Source: a bacterium (GTDB lineage Bacteria > Patescibacteriota > Minisyncoccia > Phycocordibacterales > UBA9973). Taken from it: a stretch of DNA of 64,000 bases. Both the position numbers and the translations under genes were made by a program. This document shows positions 1-8,402 of the stretch, in pieces (the stretch's first letter is position 1; every line of letters starts with the position of its first letter). Under the pieces are notes generated by a model. The model did not search any database, was not told the origin of the DNA, and saw only the letters and a program-made list of their open reading frames with translations. Location of the stretch: NCBI GenBank assembly GCA_037143195.1, contig JBAWZD010000002.1, positions 140,620 to 204,619 of the forward strand. The letters are read 5' to 3'.

Positions 1-943
1 ATGTGACGACATTGAGTGCAATGTCTCCCCGTGTTTTTTGGAGGACTGCTTTGACGCACAGTGCGAGCATGAGTTCTTCGGACACCATTGTGCCTGTTTC
101 ATCGACGAGGACGAGACGATCGCCGTCGGGATCTTGGGCGAATCCAATATCTGCGTGCGCGATTTTCACAAGTGTTTCGAGTGTGGTGAGATTTTGAGCG
201 ATAGGTTCTGGAGCGTGTGCGAACTTCCCTGAAGGTTCGCCATTGATGATGGTGTAGGTTACACCGAGCGCGTCGAGGAGTTTGGGTGTGGTGGTGCAAC
301 CGACACTGTTGATCGGATCGAGGGCGACTTTAAAATTTTTCTTTTGAATTAAATTTACGTCAATATTCGCGAGTATTTTTTGTAGGTGTAATTCAAACAA
401 ATGTGTACCATCGCGTGGCGAGGCAGGCAGTGGTGCCGTTGCCGCAGTCGAGGACTGCTCGAGGGAGCGGTCACTCTGGTCCGCATGTATTTCATTGTTG
501 TTACGCGAGCGAGGTTTCGCAGACAAGGCAACGACACCACTGCCTGCCTCGCCACGAGACGCTTCGATTTCTCGGACTTCTGCTTCGTTCGTAAATGATC
601 CAGATGCGGTGACAAATTTCAAACCATTGTATTCGATTGGGTTGTGGGAGGCGGTGATGATTATTGCCCCGTCGGCTTTCATTTCGCGGACGAGGAACAC
701 GACTGTCGGCGTTGGCATCATTCCGAGATTGACGACGTCAAAACCGAGAGCGAGAAGTTCGTTTGTGACTGCTTCGAGGATGGCTGGTCCAGACTCGCGA
801 CCATCGCGACCTACCAGTATCGTGTGCCCGTTTCGCTTTGCAACATATGCTCCAAACGCGCGCGTATACTCGCGCGCTACGTCGAGCGTGAGCGTGTCGC
901 CCCAGATTCCACGGTAGCCCGAAACAGTGAGTGTTGGTTTCAT
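1..943 (-). CDS. Alpha-D-phosphohexomutase (PMM/PGM/GlmM family), runs off the window edge; carries an in-frame palindromic insertion
   Basis: Manual minus-strand translation from ATG at 943: MKPTLTVSGYRGIWG...VGRDGRESG...PTP...ITASHNPIEYNGLK (catalytic Ser loop)...QDPDGDR (metal loop). Absent from the ORF track because it has no stop in the window. Confidence 0.93.
   Translation of the reverse strand, partial: MKPTLTVSGYRGIWGDTLTLDVAREYTRAFGAYVAKRNGHTILVGRDGRESGPAILEAVTNELLALGFDVVNLGMMPTPTVVFLVREMKADGAIIITASHNPIEYNGLKFVTASGSFTNEAEVREIEASRGEAGSGVVALSAKPRSRNNNEIHADQSDRSLEQSSTAATAPLPASPRDGTHLFELHLQKILANIDVNLIQKKNFKVALDPINSVGCTTTPKLLDALGVTYTIINGEPSGKFAHAPEPIAQNLTTLETLVKIAHADIGFAQDPDGDRLVLVDETGTMVSEELMLALCVKAVLQKTRGDIALNVVT
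411..559. repeat. Palindromic element A, inside the phosphohexomutase CDS
   Basis: 33-bp inverted arms 411-443 and 527-559 with 2 mismatches; core has GGAGCG (464-469) and CGCGAG (504-509). Confidence 0.9.
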
Positions 944-975
944 ACTTTATACTTTATACCATATACTCTATACTC
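941..975 (+). repeat. Five tandem heptamers in the divergent promoter gap
   Basis: catactt tatactt tatacca tatactc tatactc. Confidence 0.8.
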
Positions 976-980
976 ATGAT

Positions 981-1424
981 ATGGAAAGCTATCTAGACAA
1001 TCCAAAAGCCAGATTTGATTACGAAGTGCTCGAGCGCTACGACGCGGGCATCGAGCTTTTGGGCTTCGAGGTCAAATCAGTCCGTGCGGGTCGTGGATCG
1101 ATCGCAGGCACGCACATCATCGTGCGTGGCGGGGAAGTCTTCATTGTCGGCATGCGTATTGATCCATATCAAGTCGGCAATACCACGACGGACTACGCTC
1201 CTGATCACACGCGCAAACTGCTTTTGACCAAAAAAGAAATTCACGAGCTCGAAGAAACAGAATCGAAGAAGGGTTTGACCTTGGTGCCTTTGTCGTTGTA
1301 TAATAAAGGTGGGAAGATCAAGGTGAGTTTCGCTGTCGCGCGCGGAAAGAAGCAATTCGACAAGCGCGAGACTATCAAGAAGCGCGACACAGACCGAGAT
1401 CTTCGTCGTTTGTTGAAACGTTAA
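981..1424 (+). CDS. smpB: SsrA-binding protein SmpB
   Basis: NPKARFDY, AGIELLGFEVKS, RKLLL, GKKQFDKRETIK motifs; directly upstream of tmRNA; ATG at 981. Confidence 0.97.
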   Translation: MESYLDNPKARFDYEVLERYDAGIELLGFEVKSVRAGRGSIAGTHIIVRGGEVFIVGMRIDPYQVGNTTTDYAPDHTRKLLLTKKEIHELEETESKKGLTLVPLSLYNKGGKIKVSFAVARGKKQFDKRETIKKRDTDRDLRRLLKR

Positions 1425-1436
1425 CAACACAATATT

Positions 1437-1842
1437 GGGGATGAAATGAATAGACAATGAGTTTCATTCTGTGTGCGCATGTCGAGCAGGGGACTACTCT
1501 CGTAAATCGTGTCCTAAACATCCAAATGCAAAAACATCTGGTGCTAAAGTAGCTTCGCCTTACGCGAAGAGCTTTGGCTTCGCATTCGCTTAATAATATA
1601 AGCCAGTGCGATGTCTCACGCGCCGATTTCTAATACGCGATGTGAGGCATAATATTTTTAGAATAGAGGACGGTCCCGCTTTGGGCCATACTCGAAATCT
1701 GTAGAGCTCGGAACGAATGTATTTTGTCGTTTTACAAGCATTCGAACTTAAATCTGTCGCAAGACAGAATATAAAACTGACTACACATGTAGAAGCGCGT
1801 GGAATCACGCATTGCACGAGGGTTCGCTACCCTCCATCTCCA
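1437..1842 (+). ncRNA. ssrA: tmRNA
   Basis: 5' GGGGATG pairs with 3' CATCTCC with a G3.U wobble; T arm GAGGG-TTCGCTA-CCCTC; probable tag frame 1528-1593 AKTSGAKVASPYAKSFGFAFA*. Confidence 0.93.
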
Positions 1843-1849
1843 CCCGTTG

Positions 1850-1881
1850 AAAAAAGAGCGCTCGCAAGAGCGCCTTTTTTC
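1850..1881 (+). terminator. Intrinsic terminator after tmRNA
   Basis: gcgctc-gcaa-gagcgc hairpin with A and T tracts. Confidence 0.75.
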
Positions 1882-1884
1882 TTT

Positions 1885-2032
1885 GGTGGAGATGAGCGAG
1901 ACGCCTGCGCGTCTCGCGAGAGGGTAGCGAAAGCCGGAGCGATGTTTCGCAAGCATGCGAAACCGCGAGGCGGGGTCGCGCACCTTCCGAGCGACGGCGA
2001 GGAAGGATGTGTGACCGCACCCTCCATCTCCA
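1885..2032. repeat. Palindromic element C, with arms copied from the tmRNA 3' end
   Basis: 1885-1894 and 1920-1931 are the reverse complement of tmRNA 1835-1844 and 1823-1834; 2019-2032 directly repeats 1829-1842; core GGAGCG (1936-1941) and CGCGAG (1964-1969). Confidence 0.88.
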
Positions 2033-2035
2033 AAT

Positions 2036-2106
2036 ACAAGAAATACCTTATAAATTAAGGTTTTTCTTGTATTTTACTTGACTTTTATATATAAACATGG
2101 TAATAT
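2036..2106 (+). promoter_or_regulatory. Palindrome plus sigma70-type promoter, cassette 1
   Basis: tacaagaaa..ccttа-like palindrome, then TTGACT (2078), 17 bp, TGg-TAATAT (2101). Confidence 0.65.
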
Positions 2107-2213
2107 ATTTTTTAAGTGTTGCTTGGCCTGCTTGAGGGTATTTATTGAATCATCCCTGCTTCTTGAGAGTGGTAGAGATGATTCAATAATCTCAAACAGA
2201 AAAACGAAACAAG

Positions 2214-2411
2214 ATGAAAAATGTAATGATTCTTTTAGTGATGTTAACACCGATGATTGGCATCATGGTGTACTCGGATCTCACTGGCACAAAGTGGCCA
2301 GAACTTCCTGTTTTTATCAAGGGCGTAACTTGGATATTTGCCCTTGGATCATGTATCCAGGAACTGAGACTGCTCTATATCCTTTTAATAAAAGGGGAGA
2401 GACCAGAATAA
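2214..2411 (+). CDS. Small hypothetical membrane protein
   Basis: 65 aa with two hydrophobic segments; promoter upstream and terminator at about 2432-2459. Confidence 0.6.
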   Translation: MKNVMILLVMLTPMIGIMVYSDLTGTKWPELPVFIKGVTWIFALGSCIQELRLLYILLIKGERPE

Positions 2412-2475
2412 GTAAAGTATATTAATTTATAAAACCTGTCTTCGGATGGGTTTTATTTTTTCTATATTAGTTCAT

Positions 2476-2578
2476 TGCTCTCGTCCCATACAGCAGGGAA
2501 CTAGCCAGTATCCGCAAGTAATTTTCGCATCGCAGGGCTACTTTGGTAATACACCCAAAACCGAGAAAGGTAATCTTG
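2476..2578. repeat. Inter-cassette diverged repeat, copy 1
   Basis: Shares TGCTCTC, AGGGAACTA, CCAGTA, TTGGTAATA, CCAAAAC and GAGAAAGGTA in order with 3181-3288. Confidence 0.8.
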
Positions 2579-2617
2579 CAGGCGGTTCAACGTATTTCTC
2601 TGTGTGTCCACAATCTT

Positions 2618-2690
2618 AAGAAAAGCCTTACATTGTAAGGCTTTTCTTGTTTTACCTTGACTTTTAGTAATATATAGTGTGTATTATAAT
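2618..2690 (+). promoter_or_regulatory. Palindrome plus sigma70-type promoter, cassette 2
   Basis: aagaaaagccttaca-t-tgtaaggcttttctt palindrome, TTGACT at 2657, TATTAT/TATAAT at 2682-2690. Confidence 0.6.
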
Positions 2691-2717
2691 CTAAGCTAAA
2701 CCATCTAAAATTCTTTT

Positions 2718-3113
2718 ATGAAATCAAACATTTTTTGGTACCAATACCCTCTTGCAGAGGATGAAAAAAATACGCTGAGAAAATCTGAAGTTGGGAGAGA
2801 GGTTCTCCGTCTTTACGAACTTTGCGTGCAGGGGCGAAAGACAGTCAAGCGTGTGAGATATGTTTGTTCTATTATAGTGGCCGTCATTATTTTTTTAGGT
2901 GCAAAGACAGAAACATCTTTGCTTCCGGCGGTTAGTATAAGCGTTGTTGTTTCACTTGTATTTTTTGCGTGGTCATGGTTTATCCTTACCGAGGAGAGAA
3001 ACCGAGATATCAAAGAAACAGAAGACGTCATCGCTAAATTGTGCGAAGAGCAAGGAGGTACTCAAATTGGAGGTATCCTTCAACGCATGATAGACAACGG
3101 TAGGGTGTTGTAG
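2718..3113 (+). CDS. Hypothetical two-TM membrane protein
   Basis: 131 aa with two hydrophobic helices; terminator at about 3133-3163. Confidence 0.7.
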   Translation: MKSNIFWYQYPLAEDEKNTLRKSEVGREVLRLYELCVQGRKTVKRVRYVCSIIVAVIIFLGAKTETSLLPAVSISVVVSLVFFAWSWFILTEERNRDIKETEDVIAKLCEEQGGTQIGGILQRMIDNGRVL

Positions 3114-3180
3114 GTTTAAATTATTGAAGCAGAAGTCGTTCCAAATTTATGGGGCGGCTTTTTCTGTTATACCAATTCCG

Positions 3181-3288
3181 TGCTCTCCCTGTGTCTGTAC
3201 AAAAGGGAACTACCCAGTACCCATAAGCAATTTGGGGATCATCGTGCTGGATTGGTAATAAGTCCAAAACTGAGAAAGGTATTTCTTG
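3181..3288. repeat. Inter-cassette diverged repeat, copy 2
   Basis: Collinear blocks shared with 2476-2578. Confidence 0.8.
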
Positions 3289-3325
3289 TATTCATATTGA
3301 CTTTTAAATATAAATATGTTATTAT
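3277..3325 (+). promoter_or_regulatory. Sigma70-type promoter, cassette 3
   Basis: aaggtatttcttgt, TTGACT (3297), 17 bp, TGt-TATTAT (3320). Confidence 0.65.
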
Positions 3326-3417
3326 ATAAGCTGGTTTTTCTTTGAAATAGCCTTTTGTTCAAGCGCTGTGGTCGCAAAATTTGTTGCTAGAGCGCCTGAA
3401 CAAATTAGAGGCAAAAA

Positions 3418-3951
3418 ATGATAGAAGCAGCATCTCTCAGAAAGCAAAGTCTTGCATTATTTAAGCAAGCAATTTATGTTCGTGCTCGCATGAACGACGA
3501 ACAAGACCATCAGGATAATGGGACGAATACCCATGTATCTCAGTTTAAGAATCTCGGCAAAGATGTGCTCGATCAGCTAATCGCGCACTTGGACTTGAAC
3601 CAGGGAGGTCAATTTGATCGAGTGAGTCAAGTCGACCTTGCATTTTGGGGTCCGCTTACCGGGTTTACAGTTGTTGCCGAAGATGTGGCAACGAATCGTT
3701 GGGGTCAGGCTACCGTGCTTGATGTTCTGAGCGAGTTTATTGCTCGTCCGGAAAATGAAAAGAGGTTTCTTACGCACAGTTACTTTGATCCAACCTTAGT
3801 AATTATCACGTGCTATAGTACCACTTATTATCCTGACGAAAGTACTTACTTTAACATCACGCATGATCCATATGTGATTTGCGCTGATGTGAGAAAGAAA
3901 TGTATTCGCATCATAAATGATGCGAGAGTCACTCGGCAAAACCCACAGTAA
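3418..3951 (+). CDS. Hypothetical protein
   Basis: 177-aa ORF with its own promoter; no motif recognised. Confidence 0.65.
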   Translation: MIEAASLRKQSLALFKQAIYVRARMNDEQDHQDNGTNTHVSQFKNLGKDVLDQLIAHLDLNQGGQFDRVSQVDLAFWGPLTGFTVVAEDVATNRWGQATVLDVLSEFIARPENEKRFLTHSYFDPTLVIITCYSTTYYPDESTYFNITHDPYVICADVRKKCIRIINDARVTRQNPQ

Positions 3952-4242
3952 TGGTGTGTCTAGTCGTAGTGTGACCTAGTGATTTTGGGTACTGTATATG
4001 TGCCTTAGCTTCAAATGGGGCGAGTTCCTTTGTTTCTCGCAGAGATAGTTCGACGCATTGTTTGAAGTTTTTGAGAAGAATATTTTCAAAAAATGGTTTC
4101 AAGTACATTACCCTTAGGAAAATCCTAGGGGTATTTTTTTATAGTAGTTTTGCCCCCCCGTGTGGCAGGGGATACTTGACGTTTAGATTAGCATGTGTTA
4201 TTTTATTATTAATAAATTCATTTCTAAATTTGCGAAAGAATA

Positions 4243-4572
4243 ATGAAAAAATTCACGATTATCGGTATTCTTATTACGCTAGCTCTTGAGGGAGTGGCGT
4301 ACCTGTTCAAAACAGAACTCCAAGACATTTTTGGGGAACTTTACATTGTGGTGTACGTGTTCATTGGTCTGATCGGTTTAGTTATTTCGCTTGCTCCTTC
4401 GACGACGGGGAGTGGAAGGAATGACAACGACGATGACAATTCTGGTGGTGTGTCATTTATGACAGATGGTCATCTTGGCATCAATTTGGGAGGGATTTCC
4501 ATCGATGTCGTAGATCACACTATTGGTCAAAACTTTGGCAACGGGATATCGAATAACAGTTTCCCATCATGA
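4243..4572 (+). CDS. Hypothetical membrane protein
   Basis: Two N-terminal TM helices and a G/D/N-rich tail; TTGACG at 4176; terminator at about 4594-4622. Confidence 0.7.
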   Translation: MKKFTIIGILITLALEGVAYLFKTELQDIFGELYIVVYVFIGLIGLVISLAPSTTGSGRNDNDDDNSGGVSFMTDGHLGINLGGISIDVVDHTIGQNFGNGISNNSFPS

Positions 4573-4793
4573 AAGTAAAATGAATGTTGTTAAAAGCCCT
4601 CTCCTTTATCGGGGGGCTTTTATTATTGAGTGTCTGTCGATTGAGGGCAGATGGGTACCTCTGAGTGAATTATTGATGCAAGCGGAGCGCAGTAGATGCT
4701 TGTTTTTTAAGAAGTTGGTTAATTCCCTTGTGAGCTATCGTATCGTGGCTGATGGGGGAGTTAACCAAATGTGTAATCTTTAAAAATTATTGT

Positions 4794-5060
4794 ATGAATT
4801 TTAGAAAAATAGGTATCATGAGATTTTCCCTTTTGAGATTTGAAAATATTGGCATCTCGCTTTGCGAATTCGCTAGTATAAACGATCACTGGTCCCTCTT
4901 TTATTTGGGGTGGGACCCAATTTATGGGATTGGTTTTTCAATCTTGTGGTTGAAAAAACATGGTTTAGACTTTAACCCTGGGTTACGAATCCTTGATGGT
5001 TCGTACGAGCCTTTTGAGAAAAATATTCTTAACAGGTTTAAACTTCGGTTATTTTTGTAA
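4794..5060 (+). CDS. Hypothetical protein
   Basis: AT-rich ORF followed by a hairpin and T tract at about 5097-5126; start uncertain. Confidence 0.45.
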   Translation: MNFRKIGIMRFSLLRFENIGISLCEFASINDHWSLFYLGWDPIYGIGFSILWLKKHGLDFNPGLRILDGSYEPFEKNILNRFKLRLFL

Positions 5061-5278
5061 TCTTGAACTAGGTCAATCTCAAACAGCAAAGTATGAATGC
5101 CTCGATTTTTGGTCGGGGCATTTTTTGTATTTCATTCATTTTACGGAGATAGAATTCAAATAAAAACGAACAAATATAAGTATCCTGAAGCCCTGTTTTC
5201 ATGTATAATGCCCCTACTTCCGAGATGCGGAGTCCTGAGTGATTCGTGCGGAGAAGTCGAAAATAACCCATATACTAT

Positions 5279-7234
5279 ATGACTACAAACAACAAAGACC
5301 CGAAGATGGACGAGGAGAAGGGCAAGGCTCCGTCACCAAATCCTAAAATGCCAGTGCCACCGACGTCGAGTCTCGGACGAAATATTCTCGTCACGGTACT
5401 CATTTTTATGATTATTACGGCTGCGTACATCTTTTTTTCTGGCAAAGCGACACCAGCAAACAAGAGTATTTCACTTTCTGAGCTCGCCAAAGATGTGACG
5501 ACCGGCACTGTAAAGACTATTGAAGTCGATGGTGATGCGCTCACGATCAAACTCCAAGACGGCTCGACGGTGACTGCCAAGAAAGAAGTCGAAGCATCGC
5601 TCTCGGAGACACTCAAAAATTACGGCGTACCTGCGGACAAAGTGAGCGCTACTGATATTACAGTGAAATCATCGACCGATGCGATGTACTGGATTTTTAA
5701 CATCGTGCCAATCGTGCTTCCAATCATCGTCATCATTTTCTTTTTCTGGTATCTCTCTCGACAGGCCAAAGGTGCTGGCATGCAAGCGTTCACCTTCGGT
5801 CAATCCAAAGCGCGTATGACTGATCCATCAGATCAGAACAATCGCGTCACATTCAAAGATGTCGCTGGAGCAAAAGAAGCCAAAGAAGAATTGAAAGAGA
5901 TTGTGGACTTCTTGAAGAATCCAAAAAAGTTTCTCGACATTGGTGCACGTATTCCAAAAGGTGTTTTGCTCACTGGTGCTCCCGGAACAGGAAAGACATT
6001 GCTTGCTCGTGCAGTAGCGGGGGAGGCGAATGTGCCATTCTTCCATCTCTCCGGTTCTGAATTCGTCGAGATGTTTGTGGGTGTTGGTGCTTCGCGCGTA
6101 CGCGACCTCTTTCAGAAGGCGAAGCGCGCCGCGCCCGCAATAGTGTTCATCGACGAGATTGACGCGGTCGGGCGCGTGCGCGGCACTGGCGTCGGTGGAG
6201 GAAATGACGAACGCGAACAAACACTGAACCAGATCCTCGTTGAGATGGACGGCTTCGAACCGAACGACAAAGTCATCGTCATGGCAGCAACAAACCGCAA
6301 CGACGTGCTTGATCCAGCCTTGCTCCGTCCAGGACGTTTCGACAGACGTGTTGTACTCGATCTTCCTGATCGTCGCGACCGTGAAGAAATTCTCAAAGTA
6401 CACGCACTCAAAAAGCCACTCGCCGAAGATGTAAATCTCGTCATTATTGCCGAGCGTACGAGCGGATTCTCCGGTGCAGATCTCTACTCACTCATGAACG
6501 AAGGTGCAATTCTTGCTGCACGTGAAAATCGAAAAAAAGTTTCGCAATTTGATCTCGTGCGATCAATCGAAAAAGTGATGCTTGGTCCTGAACGCAAGAG
6601 TCATCTTTTCTCGACAGAAGAAAAGAAAGTGACTGCATATCACGAAGGTGGCCATGCACTCGTCGCTTCAGTGTTGCCACATGCTGACCCAGTCCACAAA
6701 GTCTCAATCGTTGCACGTGGACGCGCTGGCGGATATACGCTCAAGATTCCGCTTGAAGAACGCAAACTTCAAACCAAGAGTGAATTCCTCGACGATATTG
6801 CAATGGCGCTTGGAGGAATGGCTGCGGAGAAAATGGTCTTTGGTGATATCACCACTGGTCCATCGAATGACTTGCAGGTAGCAACAGGACTTGCTCGTGC
6901 CATGGTCACACGATGGGGAATGTCAGATGTCATTGGACCTGTAGCCCTCGAAAGTGATGGCGGACGTACGATATCAGGTGGCGCACAAGCAGACGGAGAT
7001 ATGTCTGAAGCCACTCACGCAATCGTAAACTCAGAGGTCAAAAAAATCATGGACGAAGGTCTCGTTCGCGCAACACAGGTACTCACGGACCACCGCACAA
7101 CGCTCGACGCGATCGCCGACAAACTCGTCGAAGTCGAAACACTCGAACAACCTGAGTACGAAGCGATCATCAAAGCGCATGGCATCAAGCTCAAGAAGAA
7201 AGTTGATGTTGTCGCCGAACTTGCGAAAGCGTAG
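5279..7234 (+). CDS. ftsH: ATP-dependent zinc metalloprotease FtsH
   Basis: Two TM helices, Walker A GAPGTGKT, Walker [26 protein letters not shown]. Confidence 0.98.
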   Translation: MTTNNKDPKMDEEKGKAPSPNPKMPVPPTSSLGRNILVTVLIFMIITAAYIFFSGKATPANKSISLSELAKDVTTGTVKTIEVDGDALTIKLQDGSTVTAKKEVEASLSETLKNYGVPADKVSATDITVKSSTDAMYWIFNIVPIVLPIIVIIFFFWYLSRQAKGAGMQAFTFGQSKARMTDPSDQNNRVTFKDVAGAKEAKEELKEIVDFLKNPKKFLDIGARIPKGVLLTGAPGTGKTLLARAVAGEANVPFFHLSGSEFVEMFVGVGASRVRDLFQKAKRAAPAIVFIDEIDAVGRVRGTGVGGGNDEREQTLNQILVEMDGFEPNDKVIVMAATNRNDVLDPALLRPGRFDRRVVLDLPDRRDREEILKVHALKKPLAEDVNLVIIAERTSGFSGADLYSLMNEGAILAARENRKKVSQFDLVRSIEKVMLGPERKSHLFSTEEKKVTAYHEGGHALVASVLPHADPVHKVSIVARGRAGGYTLKIPLEERKLQTKSEFLDDIAMALGGMAAEKMVFGDITTGPSNDLQVATGLARAMVTRWGMSDVIGPVALESDGGRTISGGAQADGDMSEATHAIVNSEVKKIMDEGLVRATQVLTDHRTTLDAIADKLVEVETLEQPEYEAIIKAHGIKLKKKVDVVAELAKA

Positions 7235-7269
7235 GTAAGAGGGTATACGATACAAATATTGGAACACGC

Positions 7270-7297
7270 AAAAAAGTCGCCGAATGGCGACTTTTTT
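7270..7297 (+). terminator. Intrinsic terminator after ftsH
   Basis: aaaaaagtcgcc-gaat-ggcgactttttt. Confidence 0.8.
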
Positions 7298-7320
7298 GCT
7301 AGGATAAGGCAGTGCGCAAT

Positions 7321-7394
7321 CCACCCTTAGCTCAGTTGGTTAGAGCATCGAGCTTATACCTCGAGGGTCCTTGGTTCGAATCCAAGAGGGTGGA
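7321..7394 (+). tRNA. tRNA-Ile (anticodon TAT/UAU)
   Basis: Acceptor CCACCCT/AGGGTGG, anticodon arm TCGAG-CTTATAC-CTCGA, T loop TTCGAAT, discriminator A. Confidence 0.93.
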
Positions 7395-7400
7395 CATTCT

Positions 7401-8402
7401 ATGACTCAACTTAGCATCATCATTATTCTGGTTATCCTTGGCGCTGCTGTCTGTGCGTGTCTTGAGGCTGCGTTTTTTAGTTTGCCACTTGCGAGTGCGA
7501 AACTACTCTTCGAGAAGGGGAAGCGCGGGAGCGCTTCACTCGTGCGAGTCAAAGAAAAACTTCATCACTCAATCATCACACTTGTGATATTGAACAACGG
7601 CATCACCATTGCGGGCTCTATCTACGTTGGTCACCTTGCGACTGAACTGTACGGTAATCAAATCATCGGAGTGATTTCGACGTTTCTCACGATTACTATC
7701 GTGCTCCTTGGTGAGATTATTCCAAAGATGCTCGGAGAGAATTATGCCAAACAAATCTCGCTCGCATTCGCTCCACCAGTGTATTTCTTGACCCAGCTAT
7801 TCATGCCGATTACATTTTTGCTCGATATACTCACAAAAGGATTTTTGACCAAGAATCGTGTCGTATCCGAAGAAGAATTGCGGATGCTTTCCAAAATGGG
7901 GGAGGCCGAAGGTTCTATCGAACACGACGAACAAGTGCTCATTCAGCGCGTGTTTACGCTCAACGATCTCACTGCCAAAAATATTATGACACCTCGCGAC
8001 GTTGTTGAGGGGTTGCCAGCGAATGCCACTGTGCGCGAAGTGTCTGTTGTGCTTCTCAACAAACCGTATTCTCGCTATCCAGTCTTCGGCGAAACTATCG
8101 ACAAGATCGTTGGTGTTGTGCAAACAAACAAACTACTTTCATCACTCGCTCGTGACAATGACAAAGAACTCGTTTCTCATTTTATGACGACACCACTCTT
8201 CGTGCCTGAAACGAAGCGTGTGGATGACCTCATGGGTATTTTTCTTGCGACCCGCAATCATATGGCGGTCGTACAAAATGCGAGTGGCACTACCGTTGGC
8301 GTTGTGACATTTGAAGACGTCCTCGAACAACTCGTTGGAGAAATTGTTGATGAGACTGACGAAGTCGTCGATCTACAAACACTCGTTCGTCACTCGAAGT
8401 GA
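7401..8402 (+). CDS. CNNM (DUF21) plus CBS-pair protein, HlyC/CorC family
   Basis: EAAFFSL, GEIIPK, IMTPR, YSRYPV, GVVTFEDVLEQLVGEIVDETD. Confidence 0.92.
   Translation: MTQLSIIIILVILGAAVCACLEAAFFSLPLASAKLLFEKGKRGSASLVRVKEKLHHSIITLVILNNGITIAGSIYVGHLATELYGNQIIGVISTFLTITIVLLGEIIPKMLGENYAKQISLAFAPPVYFLTQLFMPITFLLDILTKGFLTKNRVVSEEELRMLSKMGEAEGSIEHDEQVLIQRVFTLNDLTAKNIMTPRDVVEGLPANATVREVSVVLLNKPYSRYPVFGETIDKIVGVVQTNKLLSSLARDNDKELVSHFMTTPLFVPETKRVDDLMGIFLATRNHMAVVQNASGTTVGVVTFEDVLEQLVGEIVDETDEVVDLQTLVRHSK

Noticed and set aside
495-917. Plus-strand 140-aa ORF and similar antisense ORFs over ftsH, recG, the kinase, ligA and prfB
   Set aside because: Shadows of motif-bearing genes on the opposite strand.
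2019-2032. Direct repeat of the tmRNA 3' end as attR of a prophage or island
   Set aside because: Only about 190 bp from tmRNA, with no integrase; better explained as an arm of element C.
7371-7400. Upstream-extended starts in the ORF track, also for recG, pilD, ligA and 59822
   Set aside because: Extensions overlap tRNAs, palindromes or neighbouring genes; downstream ATGs fit better.
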